Shown here one piece after another: positions 26,798 through 39,489 of a DNA stretch of 64,000 nt. The notes below the pieces were generated by a model. That model ran no database searches. It was not told the origin of the DNA and saw only the letters and a list, made by a program, of their open reading frames with translations. The DNA is from Lineus longissimus. Taxonomy: Eukaryota. Each line of letters begins with the position of its first letter. Within the stretch, counting starts at the first letter, position 1. The position numbers and the translations under genes were made by a program. Location of the stretch: assembly GCF_910592395.1 (NCBI RefSeq), contig NC_088312.1, positions 2,997,858 to 3,061,857 of the forward strand, read 5' to 3'.

Positions 26798-27104
26798 CTG
26801 GAAGTTAAGAGTCCCTGGTCATTTCAATCATAACACATACTGATATACAGCTAATGGAAAAAGCTGTACAGAAATCAATAAGTGTCAAGCTGAGTAACGA
26901 ATCTATAACAACTTCTGGGACGAAAGCACATGCTGAGATAGCCAGCAGTACAGAGCTCTTTCACTCTCAATCCAAACTGTAATCTAGGATATTGTGACTT
27001 CTTGCTGTTGCAGCCACAATTGTAGTCAAGTTGGTCAGCCACACAGGGTTGCTCTTGTGCGGAAAATCTCCATCCAGTCTGACGATGGAAAAAGTCACGC
27101 TTAC

Positions 27105-27185
27105 CATCACTGTCTTCTAAGAAATCCATATCTTGTGCATATACTGTTGGATAGATGCCTTTCTTCCCCGTACGAAGATTCACAG
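27105..27185 (-). CDS. MAPK8IP1: JIP-like SH3 domain, second half (VNLRTGKKGIYPTVYAQDMDFLEDSD)
   Basis: Matches JIP1 YNMRTGARGVFPAYYAIEV. Acceptor tcttcttccag, donor GATG|gtaagc. Confidence 0.8.
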
Positions 27186-27393
27186 CTGGAAGAAGAGAAA
27201 GTTGATTGACAGTGAGAATGACTGTTCATAGTCAGAAACTCATTCTCGAAAGACACTGCAGAAAGCGTAACATAATGTCATGGAATATCTCGTTGTAGAA
27301 TGGTTATCAAAATGTTTTGAGGTCTGCGTTTTGTTACTGCTGCCTGATGATATTGACCTATATGACCTGCTCTGGAGCAGCACTATTGCTTAC

Positions 27394-27782
27394 CTAAACA
27401 CCACAAGTCATCACTTTCCTCTATCACATGTAGCATATCACCAATCTCAATGGCCACCTCATCTGAATGCCGTGGTATAAACCGATGAATCCCTCGGTGG
27501 GTTGCTTCCAAGTCGTCAAGGCCGTTGGACAGTGTGCTCGAGGTGGATGACCGTGAAACTGAAAACGAGAGGAAAATGTTTAGATCTGATACGAATTTCA
27601 CTGCATGCATTTGGTCATGTATCTTTGCATAACTGCCATAATTCATTGCTAAAAGGTCAATGCGAATCGAATGTGGGCGTCTGCCTATATCGATAACACG
27701 TTCCATTTCATTAAGCCAGAATAAATGAAGCATATGATTTGCAACCAAGCCACCGGCATCCCCACAGACAGTATTAGTAACT
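27394..27782 (-). CDS. MAPK8IP1: JIP-like exon carrying SH3 first half (..THRGIHRFIPRHSDEVAIEIGDMLHVIEESDDLWCL)
   Basis: Matches JIP1 [37 protein letters not shown]. Donor TTAG|gtaagc. The upstream acceptor cctggcctag was chosen by phase consistency. Confidence 0.7.
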
Positions 27783-28429
27783 CTAGGCCAGGGGACTGTT
27801 TCAATCTGATATTGATTTGCTCTTTTTATCTAAGAGTAAGAGCCTCAAACAAAACCTTAGACACTGTCTTCACGATCACAAACCCAATACTCATCTGACA
27901 GCAGTTTCCACTTGGCACACAGACTGCCGCGGAACATGGAAATTGATTTTTCATTGGGTATACACGAACAAGCTAGAGGACAGCGTCTTGCTCTCACTAT
28001 GGATTGATATCACGATCAATACAGGCAGATCAATATTGAAACACCCAATTAATTCTGAGGGAATGTTGTGGTATTTGAGGTTATCAGTTTTTGAATGCAG
28101 TATGCTGTGAAAGGTTAAAGTTCAATTTGATGTCTGATATACCTTTCCAAGGACAGATCCTTACTCACACTACTTTATCTTAGAACTACTGGTATCAGCT
28201 TATGTTAATTTCACAAGTCTGGTGCGCTACCCTTACAATATCGTGCCCCCCCCCTCCAGGAGGCTTATTTTAATTATCAAAGCACACAGGAAACCAATCA
28301 AAGCCATATTAAAGAATATTGCCCCTGACAACATGCCCCTTCATCACTAACACCTCTTGACACCTGTCACTGCATGTCAGAATGCTTCTAAGCTAAGGCG
28401 TTATGAACATAGGAAAAAAATACTTACAC

Positions 28430-28748
28430 CGGGCATCTGTATTGCTGTAATTATAATGTGACTTTGATGGAAGCCGTGATCGAAGTCTCTCGTCATCAGG
28501 TGAGGAATTATCAAGAAGAAGAGGATTCGTCGAAGATAAAAATGCTGATGGTGGCACAGGTTCGTTGAAATCTAAATGCAGACTCTCGCTGAGTTGACGG
28601 GCATAAGGCAGCGTTGGAGTGACTTGTTCCGACGTTGATCCGTTCAGCGTATGGGCACTTTGCGATTTCTCTAGTGCAGCAAAAGTCTCTGCTTCAAATA
28701 TTTCGTCTGCTAGTGACTTTTCGGAACATATTGACATAGGACTGGCAG
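28430..28748 (-). CDS. MAPK8IP1: JIP-like central Ser/Pro-rich exon (AASPMSICSEKSLADEIFEAETF...SNTDAR)
   Basis: Acceptor ttctaatttcag. The donor, CCCG|gtgtaa or GGT|gtaagt, was resolved by phase to the first. Confidence 0.5.
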
Positions 28749-30361
28749 CTGAAATTAGAAGATATCAATAGTAATATAAGAATGATCACATACAATAAAA
28801 CACACAAAAATAGAACATGCAACTGAATTACCATGAGCCCAGAAAAACAGCTCGCCAGGACCCATGATCTCAGACGTGTCAAAAGGCACAGAATATCTGT
28901 TGTACATTTTGACGGTGAACAAATGTGAATAATTCTGAATTCAATATGACTCCACTGTTTGGGAAATAAAGTCATCCTCATAACGCCATCATCTGCATTA
29001 TGATCGAACTTTAACATAACGACTTCATGCATCCAGTTGTACTTTAACACAGGCGTTTTATACCGCAAAATTACATAGGCAGCAACACTTGCACAGGAAA
29101 TAGCTAGATTTCTATTGCAGAACATACAGAATCTGATTACGATATCAGAAACCTTGGCATAATTCTTGCAAGTGCTCTGACTTGATGAACTTTGCACCAT
29201 CAAGGCACTTGGTCTGACTCTGAGTCACCAGTTAATGACTGAGCTGCTGGGCTGGGAATTCTGCTGAACTAGGTTTCATGATTACTTGACCATGAAGAAA
29301 TGTCGTAAAGAGAGAAGAAATTCATCAATATTGCTGGATTAACTTGGAATTCCTTGGAATTCATAGTTCAAGGTTTCATAGTTCTCAAGGGTACAGATGA
29401 TCACAGAGGCAGTAGGAACATAAGGGACAGACTCAATACCTCTCATTGTTTATGACTTTGAAAGGTTAATGGCAATCCTTTACCTAACAATAAGAGCCTG
29501 CCAATTTATTACACATCATATCAGCAATGTCTGGTATTTGAATCAGATCGGGAGAGACACCAGCAGATCCCTGCTTTGATGTGATCCACTCATCTCCGAT
29601 ACCTTTACTGATCCCTTCACTAGTCCTAGCCAGTGGAATTTGCCCTTTCGACATATAATCCAATAGCTTCCCCGGGAATAATCTGAGATACTATTTTAAA
29701 GTACATTTATCTACAACAACAATAACAGCAATGATATGTTATTGATCATAATGTCTGAATAACTGTGCTTTGATCATACTCCACAGAAAGTCCCTCCGCA
29801 AACGCAGGGGATATCAGTGATGGTCAATTGGCTAAAGCTGCCTTAATAAAGCGGCAACATGACACACCAAAATAGAAGCTGTGTGTTTGGCAGTGATGGA
29901 GGAGATACTAAGTGACCCAAAACCAGCGCAGGGAATCGGCAAGGAGAGCTTGAGCTTACATACAAGTACTAAAGGCATAGCAGCTCTGATTCCTTATCCA
30001 CCATAAATTTGACATACGGGAGGGGGGGGTTGTACTGGCTCATCAATACAATCTCACAGTTCTATTCACATCAATTAATCTACAGAGATTTCTCCGGCAG
30101 TCGTTTACATTACTGAATGCTGACTCAGCTTTAGAGGGGCACTCGAGCGATTCTCATTAAGAACACATTCAATGTCCATAAATCCTGATATAGAACGCCT
30201 ACAAATTGATAGATTGCTGTATTATTCGAATGGAAACCATAGAAACCAGAAACGGCCCACATTAGTGCAAAGCCAATTGGTGATACTCGGCCTACACAGT
30301 ACATCATGGCAGGCAAGGGTTAACAGTAGAGTTCGTGACACTAGTTAGTTTGTGATCTTAC

Positions 30362-30500
30362 CCCGTGGAGGTGATGGTCCGCCTGATGGGTTGCGACTCC
30401 GATTGTTACCCTGGCGATGATCAGGGGAAGACCATTGTTTTCCTGTATTTTGTTCATTTGTTGGAGTCGTCTCGCCTTCCCTGTCGATGAATACGGAATC
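30362..30500 (-). CDS. MAPK8IP1: JIP-like exon (DSVFIDREGETTPTNEQNTGKQWSSPDHRQGNNRSRNPSGGPSPPRG)
   Basis: Acceptor ctcttccag, donor CGGG|gtaaga. Low-complexity linker, in phase with flanking exons. Confidence 0.5.
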
Positions 30501-30990
30501 CTGGAAGAGGACAGACAGAAAGATCATATCAACAATGAAATTAAGGGAAGTTGTGCCCACCTCCCGGCAGAAACATGTTCATCCCTGACAGCAACTGGTT
30601 TCCTCTCCAACATGGCGTGGGAAGGAAATATTAGTACAGTTTGATGACGCACAGAGACCTTATGAGGCAGGAGCTATTCTTAGGTCTAGGATAATCTCAA
30701 TTTGACTGGTTCCTTTTGTGAGGATTTGCACCAATTGGAACGTGGGACGACACAAATGGAAACAACAAACACAACCAATGCAATCATTATTCACTATAAT
30801 CGTGGAGATAAGTGGGAGTAAACCAGAGTCAACTAGATTTCTAACGGTAATGACACCCTCAGACATCTCATCTTGTAACATCTCACTCCAAAGCAATCGT
30901 TCAAAACAATCAGATCATTTGTGGTGCGGCACCCGACTATCCCGAGACCCAACAAAACAGTCAGATTCATTCGCCGATGTTACGACTTAC

Positions 30991-31285
30991 CTCAACATCC
31001 GATAACCGACTTGGCGACATTTCTCGTCGAGGAGTTTTTTCATATTCATTATTTTGAGTGTTCAATATATTACACGAGTTACATGAGGACAACAGTTCCT
31101 CCCGATTTGCTGTTGCCCGGATATTCCGAACATCACCATGTGTCACCTTGTTTTTATCACATTCATTGCACGCCACGTCCTCAGAATTTGAGTTGTCATG
31201 GTCGATATTAAAGTCTTTTTCAAATTCGAAGCAATCATCGTCCGAGATGAATTCAAAATTGTCAATACTTATGTCATGGGTCAGT
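30991..31285 (-). CDS. MAPK8IP1: JIP-like N-terminal acidic exon (LTHDISIDNFEFISDDDCFEFEKDF...RLSDVE)
   Basis: Matches JIP1 N-terminus [26 protein letters not shown]. Acceptor cttttcttttcag, donor GAG|gtaagt. The first coding exon was not found in the window. Confidence 0.7.
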
Positions 31286-34200
31286 CTGAAAAGAAAAAGA
31301 CAAGAAAACTACAGAGTTGAGACATTTAGTTTAATACATGTATATTCTGTCTTTTTCAGAGGCCAATGAATGGCAGATCGCACCTTATTTCTGATGGGCT
31401 CTTCTGGTAGCTGAAAATCGATCGTGCGATCAAGCTTGCAACCTCGGGCTATAGATATTTCACTCTTATGATATCAGGGTACTTCAAAGAACTGCCAGCC
31501 TAAATGTCAGGCTTCACACCATAACCTAAAGGCCATGGATGCATTGCAAAGTGCATTTCAAACCCTACACGAGAAAGGTACAATACAGGCCAAGGCAAGA
31601 TCAAATATCTAATGTACATGTAGTGCTTTTTACCTCACCTATATACTTAAAATTAGACACGACATTAATTTTTTAATCAAAGTTGAAAGGACAGCTATTC
31701 TGGGATATCAACCTGACAATGACAGTTACTTTCCCAAGATGACTCACCCAACACATACACAATCTGACTTCTTCATGGGCAGCTACAGAAAGAATACAAC
31801 CAATATATCGCCAGGGAAATTGCCTCGCAAATGGATACTCGGAAACATGACCAAGCGCCAACAGGCTGTCGGAGGGTTAAGCCTGGGGTGATGCCAGGGA
31901 ATTATCAGAAAATATCCTGATGAGCTCGAAACCATACATTTCACCATACAAGTTAAGCGCTTCCCACAGAATGCGGCATTACTAAAATCAATACTGCTGT
32001 CTACCAAGGGAAATGTGAATAATGTAGAATATGATACAGAGAATGTATGGTGGAACCTCGCTTTATGGTCACCTTAGAAAGCAGGACAGCCTCCCCTAAA
32101 AAGAATGCTTATTGTGGTCCAGTATTGGTCATTTCTATTCAATTAGACATCTGCAATCAGAACAACACATGCAGCTTTCAATCTCTGGGATGTTCTTTTA
32201 GGGAGGTTTACTAATGGGTAGTGTATCATTTATCTAACGCATGAGACTGAGAGTGGTAACTTTTGCTGCGCCCACCGGGTATAGGACGATCGGATGGTCT
32301 CCAAGACCTACAGTGCAAGAAGCCCATCTAAGGGAAACAAGCCGAAAGGAACATATCCTTTAGACATCGCATGGGATGATTTAGAAATAGAGACCCAAAA
32401 ATGGAAACAACATTGTATTGTACTTGTAGCACCAGTATCATTAAGAATGAATAAAGACTCTTCTTTTATGCTATTTAACATACAAGTAGGGAATATTGTT
32501 ATAACTGTGAATAGCATCCTGGCAGAGGACCTACTGAAAACAGTCCAACAAGAACAAAGAATCCACAGCTTACCTCAACTGATAAATCTTGATGTTCGGT
32601 TCACAAATCTGATCATACGATACAGGGCGACAGACTTTCAGTATATCCATGGCTAATACCAGCTTATTAGGATACGCGATTGATCAATACAGAATGTTAA
32701 CTGGTCAAAATGTAAGATTTCACTCTAGTTCGCACAACTGGAGAGCAAAAATATGGAAAACATCCTAGAGTTTTGAAAATCCTGATGTGAATATTGCTAA
32801 ATGAAAAGACACATATGGAAAATTAGTATGCTGTACGTTGCATCACAGCCATACGAGTCCTTTTCTATGCCGAATAGAAAATGGAAGACAAAATTTCAAT
32901 AAAGAAGTGTCTTCTTTTGTCCAACGTTTATCCAAGAAATTTACTCGTTGGTGGATTGCTGAAGATATTCCAATTTGACGACTGCAGACTACAGCACAGT
33001 CTGGTTTGTGAAAGCCATCTTGCCTAATGAATTATTCATGAATTCCCACTATCGTATGAATTATATATTAGCGAAGAATCTAGCATTAGCAGAGCTTGTT
33101 ACCGTGCGTCTAGATGCAACCGTTTTCCCCAATAACAATGCCAGAAATTTAAAGCTTTTGCACCAGTGTCATTATTTCATCACACTAGATAGCTATGAAG
33201 AATAGAGCCGTTAGCACTGGGAAAGCTAAGACAATCAATATCGAAATATATCATGTTAATTAGGACTCTCATTCATGGATCGAAATGCATGAGGTGACGT
33301 GAGTTTGACGTCACAAGGTTGGATACAGGTTTTTAGATCATCCCATGATCGCTAGGGAAATTGCGATCACAATCGTCAGCCATCAGGATCAAAAATACTG
33401 GAGGAAAATGGAACGATCAAGTATAAGAATAAGACCTCATTAGATGGGTAAAGGGAAATGTCACAGCTGCAAATGATACATTCTCTACATGGTCTAGCTG
33501 TAAACATGGTTAACAATATTTCTCTGAAAAGCCAGCTTTTGGGACTGAGAATTTAAGTAAAATGCAATACATCATGTATTTTAAAGTACAGTGGTATTAT
33601 CAAATGGTTTTCTTCTGACAGAGGTCTCATAAAACAACAATCTTATTACTCACTTCATGAATTTTTGATCAGATGGATTTTTTCTACCCAATCGTATCAA
33701 AAATTCATATATTTTCGATCTTTGTCGAAGCTGTAGATATGTACTGTAATGCATCAGGTCAACAACATGCTCTGTTTTCTAACTAAAATATTGACATCTT
33801 GATAACATTTCCTCCTGTTTTTCTTATATCAGGTATTTATATCCTAATCCTGGAGGTAAATTGGAAACACAAGTAATATTTGCACATGACAGATTGTATT
33901 ACTATTGTTGTCACTGAGGAAATTCTTTTCACCAATATTATATTTCAGCAGCCTGGTCTCCTAAAAACATGCTGAATGAACCTTTCAATTTCATTGCTCT
34001 GCCCACTGCATATCAACATTACAACATAGATGTACACTGCTGGGTATCCAAAGAACTTCACTGGGGGACATAGCGTAAATCATTGAGTTGGATACCAAGA
34101 ACAAGGTTTCCATGGCAACATGGTCTCAGATGCATAATCTTTAGGCGCCACTATAGTATGTGTCGATTTCAGGAGATGTCAGCACTTGTTATTGTGCGAA

Positions 34201-35480
34201 TGACAGACACAATTAACTTAACACTAAGAGAGAAACCCTTGGTCGTACATGTAGCCACTGTATCTGGTCATATTTTAACCCCTTAACTGCCAATCACCCA
34301 GGTAGTTGTATTGTAAAACACACTTGAAGGTTATCTGTCACTGGCAGATTCAAAGTTATTGTGAATAGCCTATGGCTTTCTCAGGACTGCGTTGTTCACC
34401 TCTCATCTCACAACATGAAATAAGACTGAGAAAACTGATGGCATCATCCCCATGGCTTATTGGACAAAACTGTGCTTTCCATTCTCACTTGCAGACAATG
34501 GGCCATTCATTTGACATCATGTTTATTTGTGACAAACGAGACAAGTGGTTTCAAAGAGGGATACCTGATATCGGAAACACTCTAGTAGTGACATGAATAC
34601 CCTCCCCTAGCTCCAATCCATTACTACTAAGCACTAGATACCGACTTGAGTGTGGCTTGCTTTTAAATTGCAACACACGATTTGGGATCGTTGTGGCATT
34701 GACATTGTGAAAAACAAGTTCTTCCCAGGTGACTGGACACCTAGTCCTAGCCTCAATGACAATACTCAATAGTCAACAGTGAGGTTAGGACTAGGAGCCC
34801 AGACTACTTGTACTAGCCAATGTTGTGGTCGGTGCAGATATCAGCATCAGGAGAATCCATGGCATCAGCATCAGGAGAATCCATGACATGCCAAAGTAGT
34901 TAAAAGGACGATATTCGATTTGTCCAGAGTGTATATACTACGCCAATATATGCCTCAAGAAAAAAAAGTACGTCTGAGTTCACGTATGGTAAATCTTAAC
35001 CTCTCTATTTTAAGAAATGTCAAATCTTTCATCTAATTCAAGGAATGTTGTCAATTTAACTACCTTTATCGCATCTGAAAAGAAAGCAAACTCAAGTTCT
35101 GTTCATCAAAAATACAACATGTTGTTACTAACCGGTAATTATACTTTCTTGATGCATATTTTTGTATTTTTCGAGAGGAATCTTCCAAACTTTTTCCAAG
35201 ATTTATTTTCGCCATCTTGATTGCAAGTCACGTGAAGAAAGAACAATGATGTTAGTCTGTAAAATTGAATATCTACATGTTCTAATGTCCTAACCTCATT
35301 GAAAATAATAATAGACGCCTCAAAAACCAAATCGAAATAATTTTTCGCTGTGTGATGACATAATTTATGTGCAAATGATTGATTAGTTTATAGACGTATG
35401 TATTTATTGATATGTTCAGACTATTGCCTTTGGAGGCTGCCATGTTTTTTTCTCCGGCAAATTTTGTGAGAGGTCAAAAT

Positions 35481-35508
35481 ATGCTGTCGAGATTAGCATT
35501 AAAATCAG
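35481..35508 (+). CDS. ATP5PB: ATP synthase subunit b (ATP5PB) exon 1, presequence start MLSRLALKS
   Basis: The ATG opens a mitochondrial-presequence-like peptide. Donor CAG|gtaatc, and phase links to downstream exons. Confidence 0.5.
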
Positions 35509-35919
35509 GTAATCTGATGATCTAAAGATTCTACAACTTACTTAAATGGCAGAGTGTTATGTTAGCATTCAGAATATGTTAAAGTTACATGGAAGTCGAT
35601 GGTCATTTTTCTGATAACTACCCCTTTTTGTAGAGGTCACTGCACAAACAACGCACGTAGGCCCCTGCAGTACACTGTCACTGCAATGCATGCAGTGCAT
35701 ATTTTATATACACCTGTATTTGTTCTGGTGGTAAAGAGATTAGACTTTGATAAAAAAAGGACGTTGCGTTGAAATGGGCTGCTCTTTTAATTCTTTAAAA
35801 TGCGCTTGAAGTGCATCAAATTCAATTTATCTCGGTTTGATTGATGATTGATGTAACGACACAAGCCTATTCAATTGTAGCATGCGTTTTCATTTTTGAT
35901 GTCCTCCTTTTCTTTTCAG

Positions 35920-35959
35920 GCCATTTTGGCTTTGCTGTGAGGGGCCAGTTAAACAGATG
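35920..35959 (+). CDS. ATP5PB: ATP5PB exon 2 (GHFGFAVRGQLNR)
   Basis: Acceptor tcttttcag, donor ATG|gtatgt. Phase 1 in and phase 2 out make it compatible with exons 1 and 3. Confidence 0.45.
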
Positions 35960-36314
35960 GTATGTTTTTGCAGTAGAATGATTGATTGGATCATGGGTCT
36001 AGACCTGCTCTTAAGGGGGTCCACCCACACATCACAGTCAGTGATCAGTCGGCAGTGACAGAGACGGAGTAGAACTACTACTAGTAGAACTAGATTCATA
36101 AAGTTAAAGTCTGCAGTGATCCTGTTTCATGGTGTATAGAATTGATCCCTGGCATATTCATGATAGGAGCACAAACTTCTTATTTCAAATTCAAGAAACA
36201 AAATTGAACACAGTTCAAAAGTTGTGGTCTACTTTATGAACGTTGCTCTTTTTGTGCCAAAGGCTACTAACTGTGCTCCTTCTGTGCCATTTTAGTTATT
36301 TCTATCGTTTTCAG

Positions 36315-36520
36315 TGCTGCTCCAGCTCTAGTACGAGGGGCCAGTTCCGAAGTCTCGAAGCAGGACCCTTTTGACAAGGCCTACACACTGTACAACTCGC
36401 CAGACCGGGACCTTGTGAACTTCCCAAATCCCAAGATGCCCGATGTCTCACCACCCGTTCGATTGGGTTTCCTACCTGAACATTGGTTCCAAGCATTCTA
36501 TGACAAAACTGGTGTGACAG
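36315..36520 (+). CDS. ATP5PB: ATP5PB exon 3 (..AAPALVRGASSEVSKQDPFDKAYTLYNSPDRDL..VRLGFLPEHWFQAFYDKTGVTG)
   Basis: Strong match to the subunit b motif IPEEFFQFLYPKTGVTGPY. Acceptor ttttcag, donor CAG|gtatgg. Confidence 0.85.
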
Positions 36521-36687
36521 GTATGGTAGTAGATCAATCATTCTTTTATGTGTTTGCTAATGCCACCAACTAATATTAAAACTGAACAAGTTCCAGGATT
36601 CCGTTCTGACAGCAAATCATTCAACTTAGTCAAACGTATCACCCAATGCCTCACATATTGAATGTCTGAATCAAATTTCATTTCCAG

Positions 36688-36851
36688 GTCCCTACCTTTT
36701 TGGAACTGGCCTTATTGCCACTCTCCTGTCCAAGGAAATCTGGGTAGTTGACCATGGCTTCACTGAGGTGTTAGGTTTCTGGGCTGCTATGTTCATCCTG
36801 ATCAAAAAAATTGGTCCTGCTTTTGGAGAATATTTGGATAAAAGGAGTGAG
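36688..36851 (+). CDS. ATP5PB: ATP5PB exon 4 (PYLFGTGLIATLLSKEIWVVDHGFTEVLGFWAAMFILIKKIGPAFGEYLDKRSE)
   Basis: Transmembrane and stalk region homologous to subunit b. Acceptor tttccag, donor GAG|gtttgt. Confidence 0.85.
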
Positions 36852-37129
36852 GTTTGTATTCTTTTGCTCTGTCTTAAGTTGTCTAAGGGTAACGGTTCAC
36901 TTATTCTCGTCCCAAACACTTGCAATGACCACCACAAACCAGCGATTTTTGTGGCATGCAGTCATTGCCCTGTTGTGTGGCAAATTATACTCCTTGGAGA
37001 CTGATTTATCCAGTCAATAGGGCACACAGAAGAACATGCCTTCGAATTGACGTGTAGCTTTGGATTCACGAGCTGTAATCTCACCCTGACATGAAAATGT
37101 GGCTGAAACTTGTTGATGTTGTTTTCCAG

Positions 37130-37258
37130 TCCTACAAGGAGGTGTTTTATGACAAGCCCCTGCAAAATGCCAAGTCAGCAAGCTTGGAGTTTATTGACAA
37201 CACAGAAAAGATGATCGAAGCTCAGAAAGGCCAGAAGTTCCTGTTTGAGGCAAAGAGG
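37130..37258 (+). CDS. ATP5PB: ATP5PB exon 5 (SYKEVFYDKPLQNAKSASLEFIDNTEKMIEAQKGQKFLFEAKR)
   Basis: Acceptor ttttccag, donor AGG|gtaaga, with phase continuity. Confidence 0.8.
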
Positions 37259-37493
37259 GTAAGACTGTGTCGACGCTTATTCTTTTTTGTTATCAACTGT
37301 GTAATTGATGGTGATTCGAAGAGTTCTGGCACAACCAATAGCTTACTACATGTAGACCAGGTTGAATCAAGTTATGTTGATGATGTTCGCGAACAGAATC
37401 GCTCAAATGCAGAGTGATTCAGTAGCCATCACCCTGTGATCTATCAGAATTTGTAACCTGTTGTACATTTGGATGTTCTGTTTTTTCTTGCAG

Positions 37494-37571
37494 GAAAATG
37501 TGGGTCTTCAGTTGGAGGCTATATACAGGCAACGATTGCATGATGCACATCAGGAGGTCAAGAAACGATTG
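37494..37571 (+). CDS. ATP5PB: ATP5PB exon 6 (ENVGLQLEAIYRQRLHDAHQEVKKRL)
   Basis: Matches subunit b ALEVTYRERLYRVYKEVKNRL. Acceptor cttgcag, donor TTG|gtgagt. Confidence 0.85.
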
Positions 37572-37763
37572 GTGAGTATTAGAGACTATTGTGTGATCGA
37601 TTTATTGTGCTCTGCAGTATATAGCCTTTTGATGGCCTTGAAGTGATTGAGCTGCCGTTTTGATGCGCATTAACATTTTTGAGAAACCTGTGTGTTTATC
37701 AAAACATTGGCGGCCCACAGACTTCTTTGCCAAATCGTTGTCTCTTTCTCTTTGGCATTATAG

Positions 37764-37865
37764 GACTATCAGGTTGATGTTCAGAACACCAAGAGGAGCT
37801 TTGAGCAGACACACATGGTCAACTGGATAGTTGATAATGTTATCAAGGGAATTGATGCAAAGCAG
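37764..37865 (+). CDS. ATP5PB: ATP5PB exon 7 (DYQVDVQNTKRSFEQTHMVNWIVDNVIKGIDAKQ)
   Basis: Matches subunit b DYHISVQNMMRRKEQEHMINWVEKHV. Acceptor ttatag, donor CAG|gtatgt. Confidence 0.85.
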
Positions 37866-38107
37866 GTATGTTGAGATTCCATTAAGAGTGAGACAGATGA
37901 AGGCTGGGTTAGTTTGTGAATCATCTTGTGCCTCACTTGAGATCAACAGCATGGTCATGATGATAATTAGGAGACTTGTAAAGCACTTTGATGGGTGAGC
38001 TGTTTATAGGCTGAAGGCTCAATTAGTAGACTCAGCTCTAATTCAAATTCTAGTCTCTCTTTGTCATCCTTTACTTAGTTGTCATGGTTTTCTACATTGT
38101 TTTTCAG

Positions 38108-38179
38108 GAGAAGGATGCCTTGAGTAAGTGTATAGCCGACTTGAAGGTCCTATCCAAAACTCATGCTGCTTCACTTTAA
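38108..38179 (+). CDS. ATP5PB: ATP5PB last exon (EKDALSKCIADLKVLSKTHAASL, stop TAA)
   Basis: Matches the subunit b C-terminus KETIAKCIADLKLLAKKAQAQ. Acceptor ttttcag. Confidence 0.85.
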   Translation, partial: EKDALSKCIADLKVLSKTHAASL

Positions 38180-38336
38180 TGTCACAAACAACTTTGGACA
38201 ATTAGGAAATCTTTTTGAGTGAACCAGTGTAAAAAGTCAAATGTCCTGTAGGTCAGGGGTAGAAGCAACAAACCTGCTCTTTGACCATTTACAAGCATAT
38301 CTTGGCTATGAAAAACCAGAACTGTTGAGTGAATAT

Positions 38337-38557
38337 GTGACCCGCTCTACCAAAACTAGGCGCTTGTCGCATCTGAACTTGACAGGTTGATACGGACTTG
38401 TTGTTCATTTCCCTATTGTAGACCTTTTGTGAAATGTGACCAAATCAGTTTGTAATAGATTTCACAAAAGGTCTACAATAGGGAAATGAACAACAAGTCC
38501 GTATCAACCTGTCAAGTTCAAATGTGACAAGCGCCTAGTTTTGGTAGAGCGAGTCAC
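38337..38557. mobile_element. Palindromic MITE-like element, full-length copy (~220 bp), same family as 15523-15669
   Basis: A near-perfect hairpin whose two arms are reverse complements around the centre cagtttgtaatagatttcac. The terminal ~45 bp are identical to the 15.5 kb copy. Confidence 0.8.
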
Positions 38558-38559
38558 AT

Positions 38560-38745
38560 ATATGACCTGTCACATGAAAACCAGGTGTATGTCGCACAGA
38601 AGATGAGCCGAACTGACACCAGGGGTAATAGAAGGTATTGATGTAATCAGATTTCACGAAAGGCAGACAACAATGAAACCAACAACAGTCTGTCTCAACC
38701 TGCTCAGAGCACTATGCGCCTGGTTTTGCTGTGATGGGTCACATA
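38560..38745. mobile_element. Degenerate third copy of the same palindromic element, adjacent to the intact one
   Basis: Shares the termini gacctgtcacat...gcgcctggttttgctgtgatgggtcacat, with diverged arms. Confidence 0.5.
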
Positions 38746-39489
38746 TTATCTACGATTCACTCTCATTCTAAGTTCATCCAGTGAGTTGGGAGTTCAAACA
38801 TTCTTTAAGTGATTATTTAAGTGACAGTGTAATAGATCAGTTAAGTCCCTGGCAAGACATCGCCAAGTAACTCTGGTTTCCAGCATATGTACATACCATG
38901 CTCACTTGATGATTAGTGTAGTGCACGGGTACACTCTTAGAACTTATGATGTGCTGATTAAATTCCTGTTTTGTGATTCTGTTAAAGACAGTGTACGTGT
39001 AAAATAGAATAAAAGTAACTTTGTATTGATAACTACTTTTGTTATGTACCATTCTTTGAGTGTTTTCTGTCCGTGCAATTCCCTCGATATTGTCACAAGT
39101 TCAGGGGAAATGTAAAGGATGGCAAACATTGGAGGTCAGTACAGTTGTGGCCATCACATAAACTTTCTTTGTCGGAAAATGTCACCTTGGAACAAAAGAG
39201 TGAGGTGACATTTTTGTACGTGAAGACCCGAGAACATCCCAAGAAAATCCATCTGTTGCACATGAATTTTTGCGGTGGTTGTGACCTCGTCTTCAGTTGC
39301 GCCAAAGAAACTAGCCATTTACCATTATTTTCCGTTGATCACCCTTGACTCTAAGAGTATGATACAGATGGCAGCACTACTGGCGGAGCCTTCTCCTGAG
39401 CAGGCGTGACGATCTATCGACAATACTTGTGAGATTCTGTTCCATGTGAATGTGCAGCCGGAGACCATGTCAACTCCACTTCATGGGTT

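Noticed and set aside
28694-29203. 169-aa minus-strand ORF inside the JIP-like gene region
   Set aside because: Hydrophobic low-complexity sequence with no splice-site support or homology; it lies in an intron between exons 28430-28748 and 30362-30500.
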